Assembly (NCBI GenBank): GCA_023213395.1
Contig: CM041465.1
Span: 174,909,741 to 174,973,740 of the forward strand
DNA from: Cycas panzhihuaensis
Taxonomy: Eukaryota; Plantae; Cycadophyta
Length of the DNA: 64,000 nucleotides
Reading direction: 5' to 3'
Part shown: in pieces, positions 25,664 through 37,538 of the stretch
Layout: each line of letters begins with the position of its first letter
How positions within the stretch are numbered: the first letter of the stretch is position 1
Notes under the pieces: generated by a model
The model's input: only the letters and a program-made list of their open reading frames with translations
Database searches by the model: none
What the model was told of the DNA's origin: nothing
Program-made: the position numbers and the translations under genes

Positions 25664-25796
25664 TTGAAGGACAGCAAAACACAGGTCCTCTAATTCCGCT
25701 TTGACAGCCCACACACCCAATCTGGAAGCAAGTGAACACCATATTGCTAAAGTCTCCTGTGCAACTGCACGGGCTTTTGATGGAGGCAATGCATAA
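25664..25796 (-). CDS. RSH: Internal exon of a RelA/SpoT homologue (plant RSH family, (p)ppGpp synthetase/hydrolase)
   Basis: ttttctgtcaacag|T TAT GCA...CTT CAA|gtcaga. 1+44 codons YALPPSKARAVAQETLAIWCSLASRLGVWAVKAELEDLCFAVLQ, matching the RelA/SpoT A.ETL.I...LA.RLG....K.ELEDL.F segment. No stops. Confidence 0.92.
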
Positions 25797-27232
25797 CTGT
25801 TGACAGAAAAGGAAAATGGAATATCCAAAATCAGAAAAGACCACAATGAAATGTAGAATTTAAATTTAAATATCCGATATTGCATTCGCAACATCCTTCT
25901 TCTGGACAGATTAATTAATTGAAAGGTTCCTGTGTAAAATTCAGTGCTACATAAGGAAAAAAAAAAGGAAATTCCTTTCGTCATTATGAAATAAAAATAA
26001 TTCAGAGAGCATCACAGAAGCTAGCTTTGACATGAATGATTCTGTGTGGGAAGCAACTAATTATGGGTTCTTGACCAAAAACCATCTCAATAGTTGTAAG
26101 ACAGGAAGCCTGCAAGTAATATTTTGTAACTAAATGTAGAAAGACCCTAGCTTAAGTACAAAGCTAACTGAAAATATGTAAATGCAGTTTTGGACTCCTT
26201 GGGGATTTCACTTTTAGAAACATTTTACAATGAATCATTTAACCTCTACATTGCTTTTTAGAATATAGAAATTCTGTTGAAAACCATGAAATACATGTTA
26301 CCTCCAAATAAATATCATGAGAATGATGGAAAAGCAATAAATACATGCACTCTAACCAACTAGCAGCAACGATAAAACACTGACGAAAGAAAAATAAAGC
26401 CAAAATTCACTCAGAAATGATGATAGAATACTGTGATTTGTATGAAATCAAGCTGAAATATTTTGGAGTCGTCGCAAAATGCAATTTCACATTTTGGAAC
26501 ATCACCAAAAAGTTACAATCTGATTTAGGACGAGTTTCATCTATGAAACATATCATTAAGGAAGTTTCAAGACAACTTAGCTTACATATGCTGCTTCTGA
26601 ATTCAGTCAGTTGTCCAACACATCAGCAGAGACAAAGCATAAAAATTTGATCCCCACATGAAAGAGTATCTGTCATTTCAAATGAGATGTGGTTTTCATA
26701 GGTTGGACAAGTGCATATTTCCTTTCGCTGCTTATGAACAACTTAAAACAAAAAGGTTGGGGCAATTTTTCTACACCGTTTTTATAAACAGTTCAGACAC
26801 AGAATCTAACTGATGAATGATTGTCATGGCCAACGTCCTACAAATAGACAATGGTTTCCTCAAACATGAAAGCATATGAACCCTTGCCTGGAATGGAATT
26901 CCACCAAAGCCAAAGGTAGATCGCCTCAAATTCTGTAAGATTGTTTCAAATTTTAAACTTTGCCCTTCTTGTATTCTAGGTTATGTATTGAACATTGACT
27001 CCATACTAGGCCATCATTTTATTAGTAATTTTATTAGTGATTTATTACGTAAAGTGTGCAATGCAACATTAGGTGCTGTGTAATAGCAATGTGTCATTGA
27101 GGCATTAGTCAGCTAAGGGTGGAATCACTATATATTTCAATTGAGGTTTCCAAGTTGTGTCAGCAGACAACATGATGCAGGTCATCCAAATCAAGTTTTG
27201 TACAGGCAGGTGTGGACACTTTCTTTTGAGAG

Positions 27233-27880
27233 TGTGAGAATCCCAGCAGGGATTCACACTAAAATGACATAAATACACACAACACTAGGCTATTTTGTAG
27301 AAAAAACTCTAGATATACCATATAATATAAGCTATTTGCAGAAATAAAAGACAAAAATTTCAGGCATTCACTGAAATATTGACCATAGAATTAATTATAA
27401 TCTGAAATATTAATAACTATCAAGAACTTACAACTGCTGATAAACCAGAAAGCTCCCTCTTGAAGGTCAGGTGTGCTCCCAGAATAGTCCCAACTAGGGC
27501 CGAAAACAGCAGTTCCAAAAGTGCACATGATAATTACAAATGGGGCTAGACTGCCCTATACATAGGCAAAGAACAGAATTAATAATAGAAGTCAGTTTTC
27601 TAAAGAAGGAAGTCAGTCAGCAATACGGGGAATGCTACAAGTCCCCTCCACTCTCCTCTAAGAACATGCTTTGCCCTCAAAGCATGGGGATGTGCAAATG
27701 CTACTGGTACCATTCTTCCAATTGCCACACTATGGTTTCTTCATCAAGGTCCTTCCACTTGATTAGATATTGGCAAATCTCCTTCGAACATAGTTGCTTG
27801 GTTCTAATCAGTTGGTTGTATCATACAATGTTGCTTGACATTGGAGACAATCGAGGTTGTCTCGGTTCTAGAACTTAATT
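27233..27880 (-). mobile_element. 3' end of a chromovirus (chromodomain, PPT, 3' LTR about 27233-27639)
   Basis: Minus strand QYLIKWKDLDEETIVW chromodomain, PPT AGGAGAGTGGAGGGGA, then TGTAGC...TCTCACA. Confidence 0.8.
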
Positions 27881-29294
27881 CCAGTCTAGTACGTAAACAA
27901 AAAATACAAAAAAATCAAAAAATAGAAAAAACAACCATAACTCTAATCGTACACTTAAGCAAAATCATAGACAAAAGCATATGGCAAAATATTTGGAAAG
28001 AAGCCTAAAACTAGAAAGAAAGAAAAAAAAATCTTAAGTAAGCACCAATAAATGAGGATTTATTAAAAACCAAGTAAAAATAGTGGAGGCCCAGAGCTAG
28101 GGCTATAGGAGTAGCCTTCAATGCTGAGCAAGGAGGAAGAATACAAAATTTTGAAGAAAGTGACAACAGCAAAATTTTGATTTTTTGAAGCAAGGATGCT
28201 CAACCACTTTTTGTTGACCCAAGATAGATGGTGAATAAAATGATCAAAACTACTAGAAATGGTTCAAACGGGCCTAGAAATGACCAAAACATCTTAGAAA
28301 CGATCAAAATAGGCCTAGAAACAACCATAATAGCTCAAAAATAACTGAAAACAAGCCCAAAAATGGTCAAAACAGTCCCAAAAATACCAAAATGGGCCTA
28401 GGAATGACTAGAACTATCCTAGGTGCACAATACAGGGTACATACCTTTCAAGTACGCTCATAGATAGGAACGCATAAGGTACGCATGACCATAATAGACC
28501 CAAACATGCCCAGATCTGATGACATTAGCAAGGACACACGTACGTATAGACGTACACACAAGGAGGGCAGTAATTAGTGGTTGTAATCATGTGTTAAGTG
28601 AAAAGGTATATTTGTTATGAAAGTGAATGGTTATGACTATGGGTCATAACCATTCACCCAAAGGGCACCAAAATGGGTATTTAATGGTACTTTTCTAGCC
28701 ATTCCAACGGTGAGAGTCGAATCAATGAATCTTGTGATACATTATCAAGTGTGAAAGCCGAGTTATTCATTCAATGGCATGTTCTCAAGGGTGAGAGTCG
28801 AGTCATTGAGTCTTGTGATACATTCTCAAGGGCAAGAGCCGAGTTATTTGATCTTGTGTCATACTCTCAAGGGTGAGAGTCAAGTAATTCATTCCAGCAT
28901 CATCTGTTTTATGGGATAGCAGAAGCATTCCATGGTGTAATCCATTCTGATAAGCATGGAATATATGTAACTAGGTGTCTTGGGACTACTAGAACATATA
29001 TAGGAATACATTCCAAAACTAAATGTATTTGTGATTATTTCTTAATGAAATAAGAGTTGCATGGAATCTTTTGTACTATACATGATATGATGCTTATATG
29101 AGGAATGCATGATGGTTTAATATGATGAATAATGATGATGCTATGATATTTTATGAATGTCATGTAAGTATAAAGTGACTTTGATGATAATAACGGGAAT
29201 TACAAGCATGTTGACTTCATCCTAACTAGACTATCAACCTGTGACCCTTGACAAGTGCATATTCCACAAGCGTAGTGAAATAAGAAAGTCAATA
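27881..29294 (+). mobile_element. 3' remnant (3' UTR plus LTR 28229-29294) of a Gypsy relative of the 12617-23026 element
   Basis: Pre-LTR block AAATTTTGATTTTT..GCAAGGATGCTCAA..TGACCC..GATAGA|TG and LTR end CCTTGACAAGTGCA..TTCCACAA..GTCAATA match the complete element. Confidence 0.82.
28708..28893 (+). repeat. Five-copy 40-41-bp tandem repeat inside the LTR, core GGGTGAGAG(C/T)CGAGT
   Basis: Cores at 28708, 28749, 28789, 28830 and 28871. Confidence 0.88.
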
Positions 29295-32200
29295 AATAAT
29301 TCCCTCATATCCAACCTGTCTCATATTGATTGTCTTGCCACATTTGATTTCAACACCTTGAAGGTCTTCTACTCCAAGAGGAATGCATTCTGAACAGATT
29401 GGGAGATTTAGTTGCCTCCTCCTCAAGTCCAGCTTTTACAACACGTCATAGAGGGAGACAACAATGTCCATGCCCTAATCAACAATTCGGTTCAATGAAT
29501 CTAAACCAATATCCATATCAGCAACGCCAGCAATGACCTCAATATCCTACTCAGGTTGTTTGTCACTACTGCAACAAACCTGGTCACATTGTACTTGATT
29601 GTAAGAAGAAGAAAGTTGATCTACAACAACAACAACATCAGAACCACACTGCCACTCGGGGCAATCAAAATCGTGGACGTGGTAATTATCAAGGACCAAG
29701 AAGGCAAAACACAAATGACTATTAAGGACCAAGGAGACAAAAGAAAAATGCCCCTCAAGGCAATCAAAAGAATAGAAATCGTAACTAGAAATAAAATTAG
29801 AATCAAGGTGGCCATATGGCCGATTCACAATACCTTTTCTTTATTGCATTAACTACACATCATTCTGATAAATCTTGGTTGATAGATTCTAGAGCCTCTT
29901 GTCACATGACAAGTTCCGAAGAACTACTTACAAATACAAGGCCAGTACAAGATCAATCAGTTATATTTGGTGATGATGCTGTTTTAGAGGTTGCCAAGAT
30001 TGGCAATGTTCCCATATCTCTGAAGAATTCCGACATTGGACATCACCTTAAGAATGTCTTCTATGTCCCTAGCATGACACATAATCTATTATCAATTAGC
30101 CAGATACATAAGCAATACCTTGATGTTTTGTTCAGTCACCTTAAGAAATGTTTGATTATACATTTGAATGGCAATTTGATTGCCTCTAGATATGGAGACC
30201 AAGGTCTATATAAGCTTGATGCAATTTCAAGACCTTTATTCTTGTAAACTGAAACTAGCTCTTGTAACAATACAACTTCCACTTCTCATACTTCTGCTTC
30301 GACTTCAAATACTGATAAATAATCTACTTCAAAAGCACTTGTTTCTTAAAGACTTCCAGAAGACCAATCATGGCATCAATGCCTTGGTCATTTTAACATT
30401 AACAACCTTCATCTGCTTTTCAAATTAACTATGGTGCATGGAATGCCAAACATCAAGCAGACCAAATGCATTTGTGAAGCTTGTGTCATGGGAAAACATC
30501 ATCTGACTCTGTTCAGATCAGATGGAAGAGTCTGGCGTGCTAAGGAACCATTAGGCCTCGTACATTCGAACATTTGTGGACCTATGTTTCAAGCATCTTT
30601 TAATGGATGTCAATATTTTATTATATTTATTGATAATTATTCCTAGAAAGTTTGGGTTTATTTCTTGAAGCAGAAATCAGAAGCATTTGAAAAATTTAGA
30701 GAATTTAAGCATGGTGTTAAATTGAAATCTGGAAAGCCAATCAAAATCCTTTGTTGTGATAATGGAGGTGAATATCCTTCTAGAGAATTTAGCCAATTTT
30801 GCAAGGATAATAGCATCAAACGATAGTTTTCTGCCCCTTACACAACTTAGCAAAATGGAGTTGTTGAGCATATGAACTGGACCTTGGTTAACAAAGGCAA
30901 TCATGCTTGCCGCTAAAAAATTGGGACTTCAATTATGGGCTGAAGCCCTTAACACAGTTGCTTACCTCACAAATCAAAGTCCAACCAAGGTTGTTTTGAA
31001 TATTACACCTAAGGAGGCCTGGTCAGGTCAAAAACCCATGGTTTCACATTTGCATACCGTCAGTTGTATAATGTATATGCTTATATCGAAAGAACAAAGA
31101 AAGAAGTTGGATGAACAAAAGCAAGAAATGTATTTTCATTAGTTATTAGCCTAGCTACAAAGCATACAAACTTTATGATCCTACCACTAAGCAAATGTAT
31201 ACATCTCGGGATGTTATTTTTTCAGAAGAGAACCAAGACTTGTATATGACTGAACTTTCATTTTTTGATGAACAACCTACAGTAACTTCTGCCCCACCTT
31301 TTGCTACACATAATGAATGTTCCTACAATTCAATTGCCTCCATCAACATCATATGCACCTAGTACTTCATCTACACCTCCTACCTCTACTTCAACAAGTC
31401 TTTCAAAAGATATTTAAGAAGAGGTCACTTCAACGTAGCTCCCTAGATGGTACTTGCAGGCAATCTCTTCTGCTCCATCACCTACACAACAAACTAAGAG
31501 GCAATCAAAATATAGGTCATCTACCAACTTCGCCTTAATGGCAAAAGTGTTATCAGCTCATGAACCTACCGCTTTTAAAGAAGTTATTATAGATCAAAAG
31601 TTGCAAGCAACCGTGAACGAAGAGATGGATTTCATTTTGCAAAATGACACTTGGGAGTTGGTTGAGTTGCCTAATAGAAAGAAACCAATTGATTGCAAAT
31701 GGATTTACAAAACAAAATTTCATGCAGATGGATCCATTCAATGCCACAAAGCATGATTCGTTGCCAAAGGTTTTGAACAGATTGAGGGCATCGATTATGA
31801 TGATACATTTGCCCCTATTGCCAACATGACCACTATAAGGCTTGTCTTGGCTTTAACAGCTCAATTTAATTGGCTTGTTTTTCAAATGGGTGTGAAAAAT
31901 GCCTTCTTGAACGGCATCTTACAGGAGGAAGTGTACCTAAGTCAGCCTCCCAACTATGTCATTCATGGAAAAGAACATCTAGTTTGCAAGCTAAAGAAGG
32001 CTCTTTATGGCCTTAAGCAACCACCTCACGCATGGTACGCAAAGATAGATGAGTATTTTCAGAAACATGGACTTGTGCACTCATCCTCAAATCCAAATTT
32101 ATACATCAAAATCTGAGATAACATGATCACTCTGGTTGTACTATATGTTCATGATTTGTCGATAACAAGTAACGACATAGAGCGGATTTCATACCTCCAA

Positions 32201-33563
32201 GGAGAATTGAACAACATCTTTTAAATGACTGACCTCGATTTACTTCATTACTTTCTTGGCATGGAAGTCTGGCAGCATCCATGCCACACCTTCCTTTCAC
32301 AATCCAAATATGCAAGGGAGATCCTTCAAAAATTTAGAATGAAGGAATGTAAGCCATTGCCAATTCCCAGGGAAACTAGACTAAAGTTAGACATCGATAA
32401 ATGTGGTAAACCTATTGATCCCACTTTGTACACACAACTTGTGGGGAAATTAGTTTACCTCACGCATACTCGACTAGATATTTCATATGTTGTTGAGATC
32501 TATTCTAGGATTATGACTCATCCCAAGATTTCACATTGAAAAGTAGCTATGTGAATCCTAAGATATCTTTGGGGTTCACTTCAATTTGGACTTGATTACT
32601 ACTAGGCGGACAATTCTTCTTTGGCAAGTTACATAGATTTCGATTCAACTAGATGTAAGGATAGTCGTAGATCGACCTCAGGCTATTATTTTAACCTGGG
32701 TTCTACTTTCGTTTCCTAGAGTTGTAAAAAGTAGCCAAATCTCACCTTATCCTCCACTAAAACAGAGTACAAAGCTGTTGCTAGCATAGATTGAAAGGCT
32801 ATTTGACTTAGAGGGATTCTTAAAGAGCTTAATATTGATTAGACACAAGCTGCAATTCTTTTCTGTGACAATCAAAATGTTTTCAAATTGACTAAGAATC
32901 TTGTGTTCTATGCGAGAACAAAGCATTTTAAGGTTCATCATCACTTCATCAAGGAGTATGTTTAGGATGGTGAGATTGATTTGGTTTACAAGCCAACTAA
33001 TGAATAGATTGTTGATATCTTCACCAAAGCACTTCCTTGTGACAAATTTGAATGGTTTTGGCATGGCCTCGATATCAGAATTAATGAACTCATCATTAAG
33101 GGAAGGCAGTCCTTTTGTAAACATAATGTACATCTGTAATTTTAAAGTGATGTTAGTAAAGTAGTGCATTATAAGGGTAATGGTGTCATGTTTGTGGTTA
33201 GTTACAACTTGAGGTTGTGAGCCTAAATACGTGGGGTCATATTTGCTTACACCTCATTGTAACACACATGTAAGTTGATCATACAAGGTGCCAAATGTCA
33301 CCTTGCATGATACTTCATATTCTATACCTCTCTCATAACTGTTAATATTTTGTATATATGAGGCATAACATTGATGTAATATGTTATGAGTTTATGAATG
33401 AAATCTTTGATGTTGATTTTGGAGGATTAGTCAATTTGACTTCCTCGCATTAGTTGTCTCTTTTTGTGCATACTTTGTGTGACTCGAACCTAGGTGGAAG
33501 TTGGCCTGAATACCACTTCCCTTCATAAACATCATACTAGTGACTTCTGATCATCTTATAACA
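29295..33563 (+). mobile_element. Ty1/Copia element, 5'-truncated (gag end to 3' LTR about 33110-33563)
   Basis: CHYCNKPGHIVLDC knuckle, WLIDSRASCHMT, HSNICGP, LYGLKQ, RNase H relic, PPT near 33098, LTR ending ATAACA. Confidence 0.9.
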
Positions 33564-36116
33564 TGCCTCCTATCTTCATGTATATTGATGTTTATATATT
33601 CTAATTCTCGAGTTAACATTCTAAATAAATTCAGCTCAACATCATTATTTATTTGAGGGATGTTTTAAATGCTTCAATACACATAATGAAGCTTTTCACA
33701 TTTTAATATAACAAGAAGTGTTATGATACAAATATGAAACATATTCAATCTTGACCCCTTATGGTTTGAGCAATAACTTCTTTTATTACAATGCTATGTT
33801 TGTCAACAAAATAAACTTGATACCTAATGATGATTTAAAATCACTTGTGACAAGCAACATATGCTTTTCAAAGCACAACTACAACTTGCAAACTACATTA
33901 TGATTCCTAAAATATATGTCAAGATAATTCTTCTTGTCATCTCAATGAATACTTATTGATCCATGAATATTGATAAAATAAATTTATGAATGTTTATTGA
34001 AATCTAAAGAATATTTGTTAACCACAACTTCCTATTCATGAATTAATTAAGATGTTTCTTCTTGTTAGTTGTTTCTCTCCTGTAAGTCTTGATCTTTATA
34101 TTTTAAGTGTGCCTCTTCTATTCGTCTTCAAAAGGACTTAAGCACACCTATAACAAGACTTGATCATACACTCCAAGTGCCTTTTTTACTAGTAGTAGTC
34201 CCCATGATCAAAATTCCAATATTAACTAGCTTTAATTATGTCGGTTAGAAGATCAAAATCTCCAATCAACTTAAACAACAAATGTTGTGGAGATATGTTA
34301 CAAGGGATTTTTTAAAATCCATTGACACAACAACAAATGCATATTTACTATATCTAATGAGATGGCACCCCAAGGACCATCCTCTTTTCTTTGTCTCTTG
34401 ATCTTTGTAGGTTGTTCACTGATTCAAATGAACTAGTTGAAGTATGGACAAAACTGAAAACAAAATTTGATAAAGTTGATATCACACAAGCTACCATTCT
34501 AGAACAAAATCTTTTTGATCTAAAATTTGAAGATTATACTAGAATTGAAGATTTTTTATTTACTCGACAATCAATTAACACTAATCTGGGAAGTTATATC
34601 AAGTCTTTAGTAAAAGTTGGTGATAATACTATTATAACAACTCATGTAAAAGATGACGATAAGAACTTATAATTAGTATAAAACTGCAAGGCAACAATGT
34701 GGTCATCTGACCTTCTCTTTTGATGAATTAACAAACCGATTAGTTGAGTATCAATCTATGTTTATTTGAACTAGCCAGATTCAAAATCCTTCACAAGCTC
34801 TTTTCTCACATACTAGCTCATCTCAATGATCTAAACCCCAAAACCAACAACCACAGTATAAATAGAAATTTCAACAACTTAACACCCTAAAAATAAAATA
34901 GAGGTCTTTCTCTAAAACTTAACAACCCAAATTCGGGACTTAATAGCTCAAATTCTTATACTCTAAGAAATTTCAATCAACAACCAATACAAGATCATCT
35001 TACTCAAACGAATCCCAAAATTTTTAACCAAAAATACACTCAAAATGTGAAATTTGATCAAGGTACAATTCAAACCTATACCTACTGCTATAAAAAGGAC
35101 ATACTAAAAATCTCAAAAATCATATAGCTATGGAGGCTTAGAAATCCTCAAAAGGAATTCAACCAAAATCTCATGGATGTTTAAATGCATTCATTTCAGC
35201 ATTCTCTCCACTAACCCATCCCTCACCCCCTTGGATTTAAGATTCAAGTCCTTCCCATCACATGATGGAACAAGAAGATCATTTTTCTTTGTACGAACCT
35301 AGACTCAATTCCAGTGAAGAAATCTATTTTGGAAGTGGCTCTTAGTTAAAAGTCAATAGAACCGATGATGTCCCACTAAAAAATAGTTCTATTAATAATG
35401 TATTCTATGTTTTAAGATCGTTACCAAATCTTCTATTTGTTTATCAAATATGTTAAAAAGACTTAGTGATAGAATTCTATAAACATAAATAAATAATAAA
35501 ATAATCTCTTAATAGGTTCAAAGTAATTGCATCAGGACATGTTGATAATAGAATAGGTCTTCATAATCTCTTTGATTTGACAAAATCAATTAATAAAACA
35601 ACACTCTCTTCTTGAATAGCTCAATCAGACCTAGTTAGTAAATTGTAGCATGCATGTTTTGCCCATATCAATTATGGAAAGCTACAAATTCTTAACCAAC
35701 ATAATGTGGTGCATGGTTTACCCAAATTGTCTATTGTATGTGGTGTTTATGAAGTTTGTATACTAGGTAAACAACACATGGATCCACTACCAGGCAAAAC
35801 AACTTTTAGAGTTAAACAACCATTACAACTATTTCATTCTAACATATGTGGACCTTTTCAAGTTCCTTCATATTCAGGTAGTAGATAATTTGTTACTTTT
35901 ATAGATGATTTTTCTAGAAAATGTTGGATATATATAATTAAAAATCGCAATGAATTATTTGATAAGTTTCTTGAATTTAAAGCTCTATTTGACAATCAAT
36001 CTAATTTTAGGATACAAACTCTTAGAACAGATAATGCCAAAGAATAATTAAATAATCAATTTATACAACTTGGTGAAAAAAGGGTATCAACTTTCAGCAT
36101 TTTGTGGCCTATTTGT

Positions 36117-37504
36117 TGTTATACTTTAGAGAGTCAAATATTAGAATATTATTGTAATGCACATTTGTGCAAGTAGGTGGTCTATAGTTTATTGGTCAAT
36201 TAATAGGTAATATATCATTGGGTGTGTTAGAGATTGGTGGGTTCCACATATCCCACACCTTATCCTACATATTCTCACTTGGGGTGTATAAATAAGTGAG
36301 TGGGGTAGAGTAAAGAACATTGAATCATTATGGAGATTATTGTGGAGTCATTGTTGTAGAGTCATCATTATGATGTAGACATTCTGATTATGAGTTAATG
36401 TTATTTCCATTATGTTCATGATGCTTGTTTCACTATTCTTGATATTAGATGATCTCTACTAAATAATTCAATATGGTATAAGAGCAGGTTGGTTGTCAAG
36501 CTCCATGTTTTACAAGTTTATCAATTTACTATTGATGTGTATGGAGGTGGCTCCATAGAGCCGAATGCCAGATTGAGGTTCTACTTGGAGAGGGTGAAAC
36601 CCTAAGACTGTCATTGTTGCAAGTTGTGCCAAGCCAAGTGACTATGATTGATGCAAGACAAAATTGTTATCGAGTAATACTGTTCATTGACTTTCTTATG
36701 TGAAGAAAGCCATGTGTTAGGGTTTACCCTATAAAGAAATTGGTTGATGTATGGAAACTGGAATGTATGGAAAAGTGATGACATATGAAATTGTTTCCAT
36801 AAATTTGAATTTGCGAGCTCATTGATTTCTATTTAGTTGGTGAAAGTGATGGTTCTATACCTACAAATACCTGTTAGGGTTTGTGTTGGAAATTATTGAG
36901 GATTTGATTAGTGAAATTTGGAGTCAATTAGTAAGTTTTATGTAAAATTATCTCTTTGGAGAAATTCTATCATGAATAAATCCTACATGCACACAAAAGT
37001 CAACCACAACCATCTGTAAAACCCTAGCCACTATGTGATAAGAAATTCCAGTGGCGATAATGAGAATCACAGAATCACCTACCCATGACTTGCCATAGAA
37101 AGAAGATTCTAGCTGTAGGGAAATTCACTGAGCAAATTGTAGTAGAAATCTGTGCATGAGTAAGAATTGATGCTCAACCTTAATAAAAGTCCTGACAGCT
37201 GTGGAAGTGAAGCATTCATTGGAGACTGCATAGAGTTTGCATTGGCATAAACTATACATAATGGAAAGAGATCTGCACTTGCCCTCTTTGCTCCTGCACT
37301 AAAGGAAAGGCACTACCATATCTGCCATGTAATCGCAACTCACAGACACCAGCTGATCTGGTAAGATCTTGTGTTGAGGAGACGACTGTCATAAAGGTGA
37401 ACGTGATGTAACCCTAACCATGAAGCACATACGTACGTACGTACATACATACATACATACATATATACATAGATAGATAGATAGATAGATAAATAGATAA
37501 ATAT

Positions 37505-37538
<34 letters not shown>

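Noticed and set aside
26575-26640. GTAAG donor-like site as the upstream RSH exon
   Set aside because: The required frame has a stop and lacks the LADRLHNMRT motif.
27233-27880. Possible missing 3' end of the chromovirus at 46283-50047
   Set aside because: The LTR sequences and termini do not match beyond one short motif.
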